From Camelus ferus (lineage: Eukaryota), in the NCBI RefSeq assembly GCF_009834535.1, contig NC_045697.1, positions 17,052,001 to 17,116,000 on the forward strand: a stretch of DNA of 64,000 bases. The letters run 5' to 3'. The position numbers and the translations under genes are program-made. Below, one piece after another: positions 1-11,770 of the stretch (position 1 is its first letter; every line of letters begins with the position of its first letter). Under the pieces are notes generated by a model. The model saw only the letters and a list, made by a program, of their open reading frames with translations, did no database searches and was not told the origin of the DNA.

Positions 1-664
1 AAGGGCCACAAGTTCTAAAAGGCAAGTCACCATCAGTGGTTTTTTTAGTAGCATTACTCAAATGACATCATAAACACATGGGAGGCTGCCCAGCAGAAGA
101 AAAGAAACAGCAAATGTACCAAGTCCTTTCTTGGAAGAGCTACCAGTTTTGAGATCTTTATGATTTGTTTTTTAATCTGCCTTTGTACTAAATCACAGCA
201 TGCTCTACAACTTACTTGAAGCTGTTGACTGTGGGGGGAAAAAAGTTGAATATTCCTTGGGAAAGATTGTCCATTTCCACCTGCTAATGCACCATCTAAA
301 ATGACCATTTATATGCACAATCATTTACCTGATGCATAATACTTAACTCGAAAATTATCACTAAGAGGTATTCCCGGTGCCAGCGTTTGAACACAGGGTT
401 TTGGTGCAAACGCTGAAGCATTTCTACAGATAATGAAGCTCTCAACAAAGTCCCCTTTGTTAGACAATAAAAATAAATGATTTCAAAAGCCATCAACTGG
501 TGATAAACAAATATATTTTATAGTAAAGCAGTTGGAGATTTGGGGGTAAGCTCATATTTCACTACCACGGGTTTGTTTTATCTTTTGTTTTTGTTTCTTT
601 TTTAATCACAACCTACTCGGTATTCTCCACCTACAGCTTATCTTCTTTTTTTTTGTTAATAATA

Positions 665-800
665 AAAAGAGCTGCTTCCATTTATGGAATACTTCTTTGT
701 GCCAGGACTGGGCTAAGCAGCTTGCAGTCACTATCTTATTGAGTCTGTGCATCTCTTTACGAGACAAATTCTATTACAACATCCTGTTCTACAGAGGGGT
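665..800 (-). mobile_element. MIR SINE fragment
   Basis: ccatttatggaatacttctttgtgccaggactgggctaagc...attacaacatcctgttctacagagg resembles the reverse-complement MIR core. Confidence 0.6.
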
Positions 801-1021
801 TTGTGCAAAGTGAGCACAAATGCATACCTTTTTAAGAAACTTTGTAACTTTCAAAGTGTTTTGACATAGCTGGTCTGTTTTTTGTGGTCTAGTTGCAACT
901 TCAAGCACTGAGGAGTGAATATATGTATATGAATATATATGACATTTATGAATATATATGACAAGGATCTCAACCTACAGAAGTGAATGGACCTGCCCAA
1001 GTTGACATGATTACAAGTGGT

Positions 1022-1481
1022 TGTAACAGACAGCAGAAAAATGGCCACAACGCTTCACTTCCCTGTAACCACTCCCCTTTGTAATGTAATTTTGCAGTTC
1101 CTCCCACCAAGAGGTGGAGCCTCTTTCCCCTTGAATCTGAACTAGCCTTTGGATTTGCTTTGAACAATCCATTGTGTTAGAAGCAGGCTCGAGAGGTCTG
1201 GCATTTTCTGTGCTCTCTCTGCCAAGAGAACGAGCTGTGCTAGCCTGATGGATGGTGAGAGACATATGGCCCAGCCACCCCCATCACTTCAAGTGACAGC
1301 CTGCAAGCCCCAAGTCAAAGTGCCTAGCTAACAGTCAGATCACTGCAAATGTGGACATAAACCTAGGTGAGACAAAGTCAAATTAAAGAACCACAGAACT
1401 GTGAGCCAAAGAAAAAAGATTGCTATTTATAACCATTAAATTTTGGGGTGGTTTGTTACACAGCAAGAGCTGACTGATACA
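1022..1481 (+). mobile_element. MaLR solo LTR (MLT1 family)
   Basis: Starts TGT, ends ...gtttgttacacagcaagagctgactgataCA; internal cctcccaccaagaggtggag...ccccttgaatctg is typical of MLT1. Confidence 0.85.
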
Positions 1482-1904
1482 GCAGCACTGCTGAAAACAG
1501 AGTTCAGAAATCAAGGCTGTCTCAACTTGCGTGTTTTTTATTTGTTACAGAAAAACTAGATTACTTTGCAAGTAAAACATAAATATTGAGGGCAAGAGGC
1601 TTAAAGTAACATTAAAAGATGAATTATTTGACTTAAACAATAGGTAGGGGTTAATTATTCCTGCATGAGTGTGTTTTACTACTGGATCCTACCCACCATT
1701 CTACCAGGGAGTGATGTCTGACTAGGATTTTCTATGGTTATTGCCCTACTTCTCCAATCTATCAATGCTTCCTCCTACCATGAAAGACTGCATCCACTGT
1801 GACTACATGTCCAATTTGAGTTCTGAAAATACAATGAGCATGAAAAACTTTTAACGGCATTTACATACATAACATTACATTTTTAATTAACATTGCATTA
1901 GCTC

Positions 1905-2342
1905 AATATTCTCCAACTCTTATTCATTTACACATCCCTTTCACAATCTTTGCTCAACTGCAAACTACCAATATTGTTATTTACTGAGTATTTTTCTTTA
2001 AACAAGATTCAAAATGACTCACGCTTTTTAACTTTGCCTAATCCTAAGGGATAATAACCATGTGATCACTTGTTTCATTAACTAATAATATATTTTTCTA
2101 CACAGTTGTTAAAATAAAAATGCATACATTCAGGGGGAGGGTATAGCCCAACTAGTAGAGTGCATGCATAGCATGCACGAGGTCCTGGGTTCAATCCCCA
2201 GAACCTCCATTAAGTAAACAAACAAACAAGCAAACAAACTTAATTATCTCCCCTGTTTAAAAAAAAAAAAAGTAAAATAAATGCATACATTCATCTGTGT
2301 ATCACCTACAATCATCCTGCTCGCTATACTCTGAAAAATACT
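1905..2342. mobile_element. Old hAT-Charlie-like non-autonomous DNA transposon, interrupted by a SINE
   Basis: Degenerate TIR-like ends (caatattctccaac / ctgaaaaatact) and atctgtgtatcacctacaatcatc near the right end. Confidence 0.45.
2133..2278 (+). mobile_element. tRNA-derived SINE, camelid vic-1 type
   Basis: ggggagggtatagccca A-box region, B-box GGTTCAATCC, A-rich tail; perfect 15-bp TSD aaatgcatacattca at 2118-2132 and 2279-2293. Confidence 0.9.
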
Positions 2343-3104
2343 ACATGACCCACATTTGATTGACTTCAACTCTTTACCTTTGACTATTAGCTACAGGGGA
2401 AGGGCATCTACAAGGCTTTTATATGCCAAAGGGAAAGCTGATGCAGATGACAATTCCATTGGTCACTTAGTTGACCAACACCATGCCATCTGAAGAAGTC
2501 TGCACAGTGTTCTAGCCCTGGGCCCAACAACCAAATGCTATTTCATTGGCTCAGCTGAGTTTTTGACTCTTTTCAGGACTCTTGATCTGAATAAGCAACT
2601 TGATGTAGAGCGGGGTAAATCTCACTCAGCCCTCAGATGGCCTTGAGACCATGAAACTGTTCATTCCCACCCATGAGGACCAGAAGATGGATGTGCAAAA
2701 GTATCAATATTCCCGATGTCCCACAACATTTTTTTTCATACTTTTGATCCTCGATGTAATTCTTTAAGTAGAAGCATTTAAAGCCATGATTCCTGCATTA
2801 TTTACAAAATCAACTCAAAAAATGACCACTCTGGGACAAAACCAGTTGCTTCTGATTTATCCAAGTAGGTCTCTGACAGTCCACAATAAACCAGCTTCAG
2901 CCTTGGGAACATATTTTTGCCCCTTTGATTATTGCCCACAAACAGTATCAAGGAAATGCTATAAAACAGAGTGACTCTTCATCAAAACAGTAATTAAACT
3001 GTTCCATGATTTCTCTAAGACAGTAGACTTAAGAGAAATTCTAATAGCTAAAAATCACTGTAACCAGGAAGTCTTGACTAATGGATTAGTATCTACAGAA
3101 GTGA

Positions 3105-3360
3105 TCATAGGGAAGCGTGTTAAGAGTGAAAAATACAGGTTCAGATCTTTTCTGGGTTGAATACCGACTCTAAGTATATTGGGTAAATTATTTAGTTTCT
3201 CTTATTAGTTGTTTATTTCCTCCATGTACACATGGTGATAATAATGGTCATTAACTCATGGGGTTCTTGTGAGGATTATGAGCTAATTCATTCAAAACCT
3301 AAGGGTTCTAAGGAACAACATCTCACATGTGCTAAATACTTAACACTAGCTATTGCTGTA
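3105..3360 (+). mobile_element. MIR SINE
   Basis: ctgggttgaataccgactct ... ctcatggggttcttgtgaggattatgagctaatt matches the MIR core. Confidence 0.7.
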
Positions 3361-3389
3361 GGTCATTCTGGTAAGTTCTTTTTTATGTC

Positions 3390-3960
3390 AATATGGGATG
3401 TCTACTTTGGGTGCCAAGGCTCTATCTGGCTCCACGTGTTTGCCAGCTCCTTGAAAGAATATGTACAAATCATGCTGATTAACTATGTACGGGTACCTGA
3501 AGATAAGAGAGAGAGAACATACAACAGATGTCAGAATGAAAGTTCTAAGATACCTTGACAAACAGGACCTTGGGCACAGAGCCAAGAAAACTTAATTGAA
3601 CAAGGATAAAAGTAAAGTCCCACATGGTCAACTACAATTGTTGAAGCAGTTGTGAGGAAAACCTTGCTTCATAAAGTCCGGTTGGCCAGTAGCCGATATG
3701 TGCTACCTGGCTGAGACAGAAATGAAGAAACCTCTTGAGATCTCCGGTAGACAGTATGGAGGCCATTTTCCTGAGAAGGAATGTTTGTTTCCATGGCCCT
3801 CGGGCTGACAAGATCACTGCTGGTATGTGGTGCTCAGTTCTTGGTCCCACATTTTAAAAGGAATAAGATGAATAGCAGGCTGGAGAAAGTGTAGAAATCA
3901 AGTCACCTGAGAAATAGCTAAGGGTCTTAGGGATATTTCCACTTGAGCAAGAGAATCAAA
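3390..3960 (+). mobile_element. L3/CR1 LINE fragment (appears to resume at ~4490-4680)
   Basis: aacaaggataaaagtaaagtcccaca, gctcagttcttggtcccacattttaaaagg and agggatatttccacttgagcaagagaa are CR1/L3 RT-region motifs. Confidence 0.65.
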
Positions 3961-4100
3961 TCAATAAGTCAGCATTTATAAGCACCAATGAGGTGCCAGG
4001 CCAGGGCACCAGGAGTCACACGGTGAACAAGACAGACAGCATCTCTGCCCTCAAAAAGCTTACATCCTAGTGCAGAGAGTGACACAACAAACAAATAATC
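3960..4100 (-). mobile_element. L2 3' end
   Basis: gcatttataagcacc...gtgccagg...gtgaacaagacagacagcatctctgccctcaaaaagcttaca. Confidence 0.75.
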
Positions 4101-4169
4101 AAAGAAAGAGCAAAAATGACCTCGGGCGAAAAGCGCTGCAAGGAAAATAGCTTATGTGATGCCTTTCTA

Positions 4170-4490
4170 TGGAAATAAGGAGAAAATATGTTAGATGTAA
4201 AGCATTTCTCAAAGTGCCTGGCACATAGTGAATGCTGGTAGTACCATCAACAATAACACGGGCACATATTTCTGCAGCACTCACTGAGTGCTAGACACTG
4301 CTCTAAGCACCTTGCATGCATTAAGTCATCTCTGTCGGGTAGGCATCCTTATCAACCCCATTTCATAGGTAAAGACACCGAGGCACAGGGCACTTAGTAA
4401 GATGCCTACAATCACACTGGGTACACGCTAGTGAGATCCAGGCTCTGGAGCAGGCAGCCTGGCTCCAAAGCCTAGGCTCTTGGCTGCTAT
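4170..4490. mobile_element. Tail-to-tail MIR pair (+ tail, then - copy)
   Basis: gtgcctggcacatagtgaatgct followed by reverse MIR (cccatttcataggtaaagacaccgaggcacagg). Confidence 0.7.
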
Positions 4491-7309
4491 GCCTTCCAGG
4501 TACTGAAGGATCATCTCATCATCTCATTGAAAGGAAGTGTCTACGTTCTGAGGTGGACCAGGGCACAGAAATAGAACCATAGTCAGGGAGTTCCTTTAAG
4601 GTTTTGAAAAAGAGCCTTGTGAATATCAATCAACAAATGGTCCTCGGATATGGGTATATTTCCTGCATCCTGGTAGGCACGAGACTGGTGAAAACAACAC
4701 GTTTATATTCAGAACAGACTTGCAGCAAGTGGAGCAGCGTTCCTGTGATATAAAATAATCTTGTGGACGCTGGTTTTCCCTCCTCTCTCAGCTCGTTCAT
4801 CCTCCCTTCAATGACCTTGTTACCTATATCAGGAACATCTGATCTTGAAAAGGATCTGCTTGTGATAAAAGGAAAAATGCAAGATGCAACTTAGTGCCTT
4901 GCCCAGCAGAGATTTTTTTTAATGAATCTTACAGAAGTCTAGTTTCTGGGAAATGATCAGTTTGCAAGTTGAAGAAAAGGTATAAAACTCGGTGTTTGCA
5001 AGGCCTGGTGTGAAAAATACTTACTTACAAAAAAAAAAAAAAAAATACCTGCTGAATCTTTCTTTGCTGCATTCCTAAAATAATGCACTTCCTCGACATC
5101 TTGTGTCCGACTTTCTTAGTTGCACATCTGTCCTTGCCATCATTAGAGGAAGTGTGGAGTTGTAAAAGTATTGCTAAGTTACCTGGAATTGGTGATGCAA
5201 ATTCTAGGAAGCCAATGGACAATAACAACAACAATAATAGTAGCGAACAGTTATTGAACATAACAACGTGTTTGGCACTGTTCTATGTCTATCACTTGGA
5301 GTTTGGTACTTTCATTATCCCCAATTTGGAAATTAGGAAACTGATTTAAGGAGAATATGTAAATTTACCAGAAAAAAAAAAAGAATATTCTATTTTCTGG
5401 TGAGAAAACAGATGGTCCAGAGGTGAGCACCGAACTATATTTTTCCTCCTAACCTCCCAGGGGTCTTTAAAGACCTCTGAAACTAACACTGAAGATAAGT
5501 TGGAGAAATTAATCTGCTATTTTTACCAGGTGTTTAGTCCATACCAAGTGTAGGAGATCTCTTCATTTTGCAACACCCAATCCCATCAGGTTGCCAGAGG
5601 CAGATGGGATACCTCCCCAGGACCTAGCTTGCACACAGTAGGTGCTCAGGAAATACCTGCTGGTTGATTAGTTCCCTCCTCTGGGCCCAGCCTCAGCCTG
5701 GGGCAGATGATAGCGGGGATGCTGTCCTTGGTGCTGGTGATAAATTTCTTTCCTTATTCACCATCTCTTTCTTTTTCTTTTCTGTCCTTCAGAGCCCATT
5801 TGAAATTCCACATGGCTCAGGAAACACAGAAGGAGGTACTGAATCCCAGTCTGACTCCCAGCTAAAATACTTTTCTAGGGTCAAGAAACAGCTTTTCCCC
5901 AGGAAAAAAGTGATGAGGAAGGAGAGAGTGATGAGAAGAGGCAGAAGGAAAAGGAAAACGAATAGAGAAAAGAAAGAAAAAGAATGGGATGGGAAAAGGT
6001 GAATTAGAGACAAGAGAGCTATGTTCCTCTCCATCCTGTCTCGGTGATACTATGAGCTTCTTGAAAGGCACTGTTTTCTGAGAAGAGGATTTTTTTCACA
6101 GTCTAACAGGTGTGGAGGCTTAATTATTATTTTAACAGTGTGTTCAAGAAAAGTACAGACACTGATCTATACAATTACTCTCCTCAAATACAGACATTTG
6201 CCTTTGTTTTCACACATATAAAATGAAATCATCAGATGTACCAAATGTTGACATTTTCCCTCATGAAATACCAGATATTTCCTGAAACTTGGGTAATTAT
6301 GTCCTTCACCATCCTCCACACACATGCACACACACACAAAAACCCCTCAGCCTGTCACAATATAATTCCCAAGTCGTTAAAATTCTTAAGTCATATACTT
6401 GAGAAACCGAGAGAAATTGAGAAAAACCAAGAAGTAGGTGATTTTTCTCATCTTAAAACTGAAGACCAGATCAGGCTCATATTTACAAAGCAAACCTTGG
6501 AATTCTCCAAAAGAACTAGGATAAGTATGTCTCCAGAACTCCAGAAACACTCATCGATGAAAATGCAGTCTTCTGAACGTACACAATCACATGTAACCCC
6601 CGTCCTCTCAAAGGCAGTGACATCAGCATAGTATTTCTTTCCTCACCAGCCCAAGAAGCAAGGGAAAGCAGCCGCCAACTTTCAGTTCAAAGATTAGTTC
6701 TTTGTATGGGTGATTTATTACATGCTTATAGCTGGAGAGAACAGACTTTTTTTTTTTTCAGTTGAGAATATTGCTTTCTTTCAGGGCTTTGGAATTTTTA
6801 CCTTCCCCCTCTCCTTTAAAGCAGCAAAAGCATTAAATGTATGAGGAATCATCCCTGGGCCAGATTCTGTTTACAGATATTTGGGGGATGGGGAGAAATG
6901 GAAACATTTCCTAAACCAGTCGTTGTTTACTCAGCCAGTTCAATCTGAATGTTCATGAATTTGCAGTGTGTTGATACTTCTGCCAAACGTGTCGATTATC
7001 AGACTGTGGGCAGATTGGGACCTTCAGCCCCACATGAGGCAGAGAGAAGGCAGGAGAAAGAGGAGGGAGAGAGGGAGAGACGGTGAGGGAAAGCAAGAGA
7101 GAGATAAGAGAGACACATGAATAGAGACACACAGGCAGATGGAGTGGAGGCACACATGGTGCCAAATGCCTCAGAATGCAAAGAGGACCCTTCTGTGCAA
7201 CCATTAAGTTAGAGTCAAAACACCTCAGAATGAGTACTTGGGCTTCAAATAACCCCACCTGTCGCCCCCTATATCCGTGCTTCATGAGAAAGATCGCCCA
7301 GTTATCAAG

Positions 7310-7530
7310 GCTATTGAATCAGACACCTGGGTGGAGACCCGCCATTTTCCACAGGCTCATGCCACATGTGACCTTGGGTAGTTTATTCACACTCTCTGTG
7401 TCCTCGGTGTCTGCAAATAGAGCCCATATAGTAGAGCTGTTGGAATGATTACATGAGCATAAATGCTGACAAAGGACCTAGAACAGTGCCTGGCACACGG
7501 GAAGGAAGGACTCAATATATTAACATTCAC
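7310..7530 (+). mobile_element. MIR SINE
   Basis: tgtgaccttgggtagtttattcacactctctgtgtcctc...agaacagtgcctggcacac. Confidence 0.8.
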
Positions 7531-8020
7531 TGCCGTTACTCACACCTTATCATTATATTATCGTGTTTGAAGGCAGGTTGCAAAGACGTTGCTACCCAAT
7601 GGGACCCCCTTGGAGCAGGTGCTCCTTTGGGTGGGTGCATGATGGCTCTTCTAATCCATTCAGCGTCACTGGTCACCAAAACCACGGGCGGGACTGCCAA
7701 GGAAAGACAGCCGCTAATTGCCAGAAAAAACTTGTGCAGCTGCTATGACCACTGAAGTTGCTTCTGCATGTGCAGCTAGAGGTGATTTCCAGATGAGCAT
7801 CTATTTGTAGAAAACTTATTGTGCCTTTTCTTTAAATACACCTGTTTTTTCATTGCCAAACATTGCACCACCTAGAGTGCAGACAGTGCAACTGCAGCTC
7901 CCATTGCCTCAAAGGACTTTGCTGTTTTAGGGCAGTAAGATCCCATGAATACTAGTCCTCTTTGCCTATGCAACTTCAGATGATGTCACTTGTCAACTGC
8001 AAATACCATCGTTGAGTCAA

Positions 8021-8083
8021 CATGATGATGGTGATGGTGGTAGTGGTGATGATGATGGTGGTGGTGGTGGTGTACTGATGATG
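8021..8083. repeat. Imperfect (GAT/GGT)n trinucleotide microsatellite at a MIR tail
   Basis: catgatgatggtgatggtggtagtggtgatgatgatggtggtggtggtgg. Confidence 0.9.
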
Positions 8084-8084
8084 G

Positions 8085-8270
8085 TTAACATTTATTGAGC
8101 ACGCTCCGTCAGCTGGCACTTCTCTACATGCTTTACCTAGATTATCCCATTTACTTCTCATGACCACCCTAGGAGATGAGTAGCCTTGTTTATACCCATT
8201 TAAATAGACAGGGAAACTGTGGTGCTGAAGAGTTAGAAATCTTGGCCATGGTCATACAGCAGGTAACTCC
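8085..8270 (-). mobile_element. MIR SINE
   Basis: acatttattgagcac...cccatttaaatagacagggaaactgtgg...ggtcatacagc. Confidence 0.8.
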
Positions 8271-8499
8271 AGAATCTTCATTCTTCATGATACCTCTAAA
8301 ATTATCTAATAGAAAAATCACTAGTTTGGGATTCAGGAAATCCAGTTGCTGGTTCTGGTTCTGCCCAGCTACCTTTGCATCTGTTTAACTAACCTGGCTT
8401 AAGTCACTTTGCCCCTTTGTTTTCAGTATCTTCTTCTAAGAAAGAGAAGCTTTTCCACTAAATGTCTGCTAAGGTCTCTTTCAGATCAACAGCTGTGTG

Positions 8500-9030
8500 A
8501 TTTATTCTTTCATCTGGTAAATAATCATTGGGGACTAGGCATCTACTACATTATAGGCACTGGATTGGTCCTTATGCAACAGAGATTAAAAAAAAAACAG
8601 ATATGCTTCCTACCTTTCTGGAGCTCATAGTCTAGAAGAGGATAATGGTAAGTAAGCATACAAGTAAATATATAATCACAAATTTTTATCAGTGCCCTAA
8701 GGGACAAGTACCAGGGTCCCGTGAAAGAGAGTAATGTGAAGAACCAGATTTAGACTGAGGGATCTTTTGCGGATGTGATATTTAAAATAAGGACTGCAAG
8801 ATAGCAGAGGTTGGTTAGGTTAAGTGTGCAAGAAGATATTCCAGGTTGAGGAAACAGTACACGCAAAGGCCTGACATGGGAGAAAATACACTGTATTTCG
8901 GGAACTGAGAAAAGGCAACCATAGCTAAGACATAGTGAGTAGGGGAGAACAGTGGTACCAGATAGGTCTGGTGAGGCAGGCAAGGGGCAGACCACTGGGG
9001 TCTTTGTCCATCCATGGGGGAAATAGAGAA
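8500..9030 (-). mobile_element. L2 LINE fragment
   Basis: ggagctcatagtctag ... attccaggttgaggaaacagtacacgcaaaggcctga is reverse L2 3' region. Confidence 0.8.
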
Positions 9031-10689
9031 AAGAAGGGAAAAAAATGGACAACTACCCGCATAATTCAAGTTTCTAATACTGCCTCAAAAATTGACCTGA
9101 GTGATCCAAATAGCTACTTGGATTCTCCATTTCACTCTGCACATGTAGACAGAACAGCGAACCCACGAAGTTCCTCTGTACCCTGAGAAAGCCCTAGCTA
9201 AGTGTGTTAGCCTACCCTCTGGCAAGACTATGAAATAGGAAGCATTTAGTAATTGTCCTCTTTAGACTTCCAGGTCATTCTCATGTCACCTCTTCCAGGA
9301 AGCCTTCTCCAATTGTCTCTCTTACAAGTAAGCACTCACTCCTTTGACAACTTATGGTTCCTGCATCCTCCCTGCATTGATGGTTAGCTTACTCTGACTT
9401 GCATTCACAATCTGTTTGCTAGGTGGTAAGCACCTTGAGAACAGGGGCTGACTTAGTCAAAGGTCTCCTTGCTGGCACCTGGCACAGTGGCTGCACAGAA
9501 GAGACCCTCACGTTTCATGCATTTAGTTTAACAGATTTAATCATCTGTATCCCTAACTCTTCCACTGCCTCCTATACTCAATCCCTACCAGCCCGCCCTG
9601 AGCGCCCATCAAATGATTTCACCTGACAGTGCTGGTCTTCCACCATTTCTCAGCAGCCTCGTCCCAAGCACACCTGCTCTGTATCCCATTTCTGCAAGGC
9701 TCTGCTACTCCTGCTAGGTTACAAGGGAAGGAAATTTGTTGATCCAATAAACAAATCCTTGCTAACACAGTACCTAGCTGAGGAGGTTTCCTCCCAGGTA
9801 ACCTCACATCATAATCCAATCAAAACGCCCAGAGTTACAGAGACTTGTAAGAATTGTGAACCTCTGGCCAGTATGGGGTCCTCTACTGCAGGCCAGTCTT
9901 TGGTAAATTCACAACAGATGAATTGTTACCAACTCCACTCATGGATACAACTGGCCTGTAATTAATCTCAGGAAAATTAAAAAAATAATAATAATTATCT
10001 TCATTATTTTCCTGAACCTCTACTAACTCCCAGGTTCTAATCCCTTCCAAGCCCTGTAAGTTGGGTTTTATTAGCCCCACTTTACAAAGGGGGAGATAGT
10101 CTCAAAGAGATGAAGTGACTTCTGCATGCCATGCCGTGGAAATCCCAAGGCAGGATTCAGCTGCTCGTCTCTGTAACCTGGGCTTGTTCTACTCTGCCTC
10201 TTCATGCCTCTAGAAATAAAGGAAGACTATGGCCAGTGGCCAACCCCTATTCTCTTCTCCAGCTCAGCATATTTCCCACTGCTGGTGGAAAGTGATGAAC
10301 AGCTGCACATCCTCAAGAGGAAGATCAGCCTGTCTTTCATTGGAAAAAGAGCTTCCCAATGAAAATTCAAGAGGAGCCTACATGGCTCCCAACACTGCCC
10401 CCTTCTGTGAAACAGGGCAGCGCAGGGATCCCCCAGATGCCATGAGATGAGCAGATCCCACCGCTGCTGGGTGAAGAAAGCTCGGTGTGTTTAGAGTGGA
10501 CAAGAGGCAGGTCTCCACAGTTTTCAACCCCAACCCATAACATTAACAAATGCTGAGTCACATGACCCGATGACCATGAACAAAGAATTGAGCTGCCTGT
10601 GTTCTCTGAGCAGCAGTTACAACTCATCTAAATGGGGTCAACTTCAGCCTGAACATGAATGAGGGAAGGGAAATAGCACCCCAGAGGAA

Positions 10690-10900
10690 CCTGGTACTGG
10701 GCTAGGCATTTTACATACCCGCTGTTTGAACTGCCTTCAGAGAAGAAGCATTAACTAGAGTCTGACTGGGCAGAAAAGTAAACTGAGGCTCAGGGAGGTG
10801 ATTTTCAAGGGATGACACAGCCAGCAAGTGGCAGATTTTGGATCCACAGCCAGGTCTGTCTCACTCCCAGGCTGATGCTTTTTCCATTATACCACAATGT
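10690..10900 (-). mobile_element. MIR SINE
   Basis: aaactgaggctcagggaggtgattttcaagggatgacacagccagcaagtggcaga. Confidence 0.8.
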
Positions 10901-11544
10901 CTCGCCTTTGCATGCTTTCTGAACTCCGTTTGTTGTGATTTTCAGCTGCTTGGATGGATCGCATACTTGGAAATCCACCAAAAGCAGATCCTACATCTTT
11001 AGCAATCCACGTAAACACTAGGCCAAAATCCAACCATCTTTTAAAACAAGAGAACTCTCCGGCCAGAGTAATGGGGCTTTAGAAAAAAAAAAAAAAGAAA
11101 AGGAGAAAGGCAAAAAGTAATTTGCAGAGGAGGCCCGTGTGATTCGGATGGGTGTGGGTGGCCGAAGCTCGCACAGATATTATCACAGCTCATCAAGAGA
11201 ACAATGAAGACATAACTCCAACTTCTGAAGAATGCTATTCATCCCCTCAACAACGACTTCTGAGTGTCTCGTCTGAACATAGCACAGCACTGTGGGAGGG
11301 ACAGAGGAGCAAAAAGCTTGGGTCCAACCCTTAGGGAGTACACAACACTCCCATTCAGGTTCCCTGAGACACAGGAAAATGTGCAACGGGACTGCGGAAT
11401 ATTACATCTCTCAGACACACTTAGAAAGATACTTCCTCCCCTGTCTCTAAGCTTTGATGTTTGGTCCACGTCTCCACTAGGACTTCTTCCTTATTCCCCC
11501 TTATTTCTTTCATACTCCTCTAGTCCTATGTCCTTACCTCTCTG

Positions 11545-11770
11545 GTGGAGTGTGCAGGGCAGTGGAAAAAACGCTGTCCTGGAGATAAAAAACTGTGTCC
11601 ATCCAGGGCTGCCGTCTTCGAGCTATGTGACCTTGGACCAGTCTTCATGTCTCCCAAACCTCTACTTCCTCATCAGTAAAAGAAATGCAACAATCCCTAC
11701 GTCACGGGTTATGTGAGGATTAACTGAGCTAATAATAGGTGAAAGTCCTTTGAAAATAGCAAACTGCTAA
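11545..11770 (+). mobile_element. MIR SINE
   Basis: gctatgtgaccttggaccagtc...ttcctcatcagtaaaa...gggttatgtgaggattaactgag. Confidence 0.8.

Noticed and set aside
2133..2210. tRNA gene
   Set aside because: It is the head of a SINE with an A-rich tail and TSD; no intact cloverleaf
4043..4072. Resemblance to miR-708/miR-28 precursor starts (also near 40112)
   Set aside because: Generic L2 3'-end sequence with no opposing arm to form a hairpin
5900..6020. K/R/E-rich ORF tail and opposite F/L/S-rich ORFs
   Set aside because: Translation of a polypurine low-complexity tract
11360..11370. tccctgagac matches the miR-125 5' end
   Set aside because: The match ends after 10 nt and there is no hairpin
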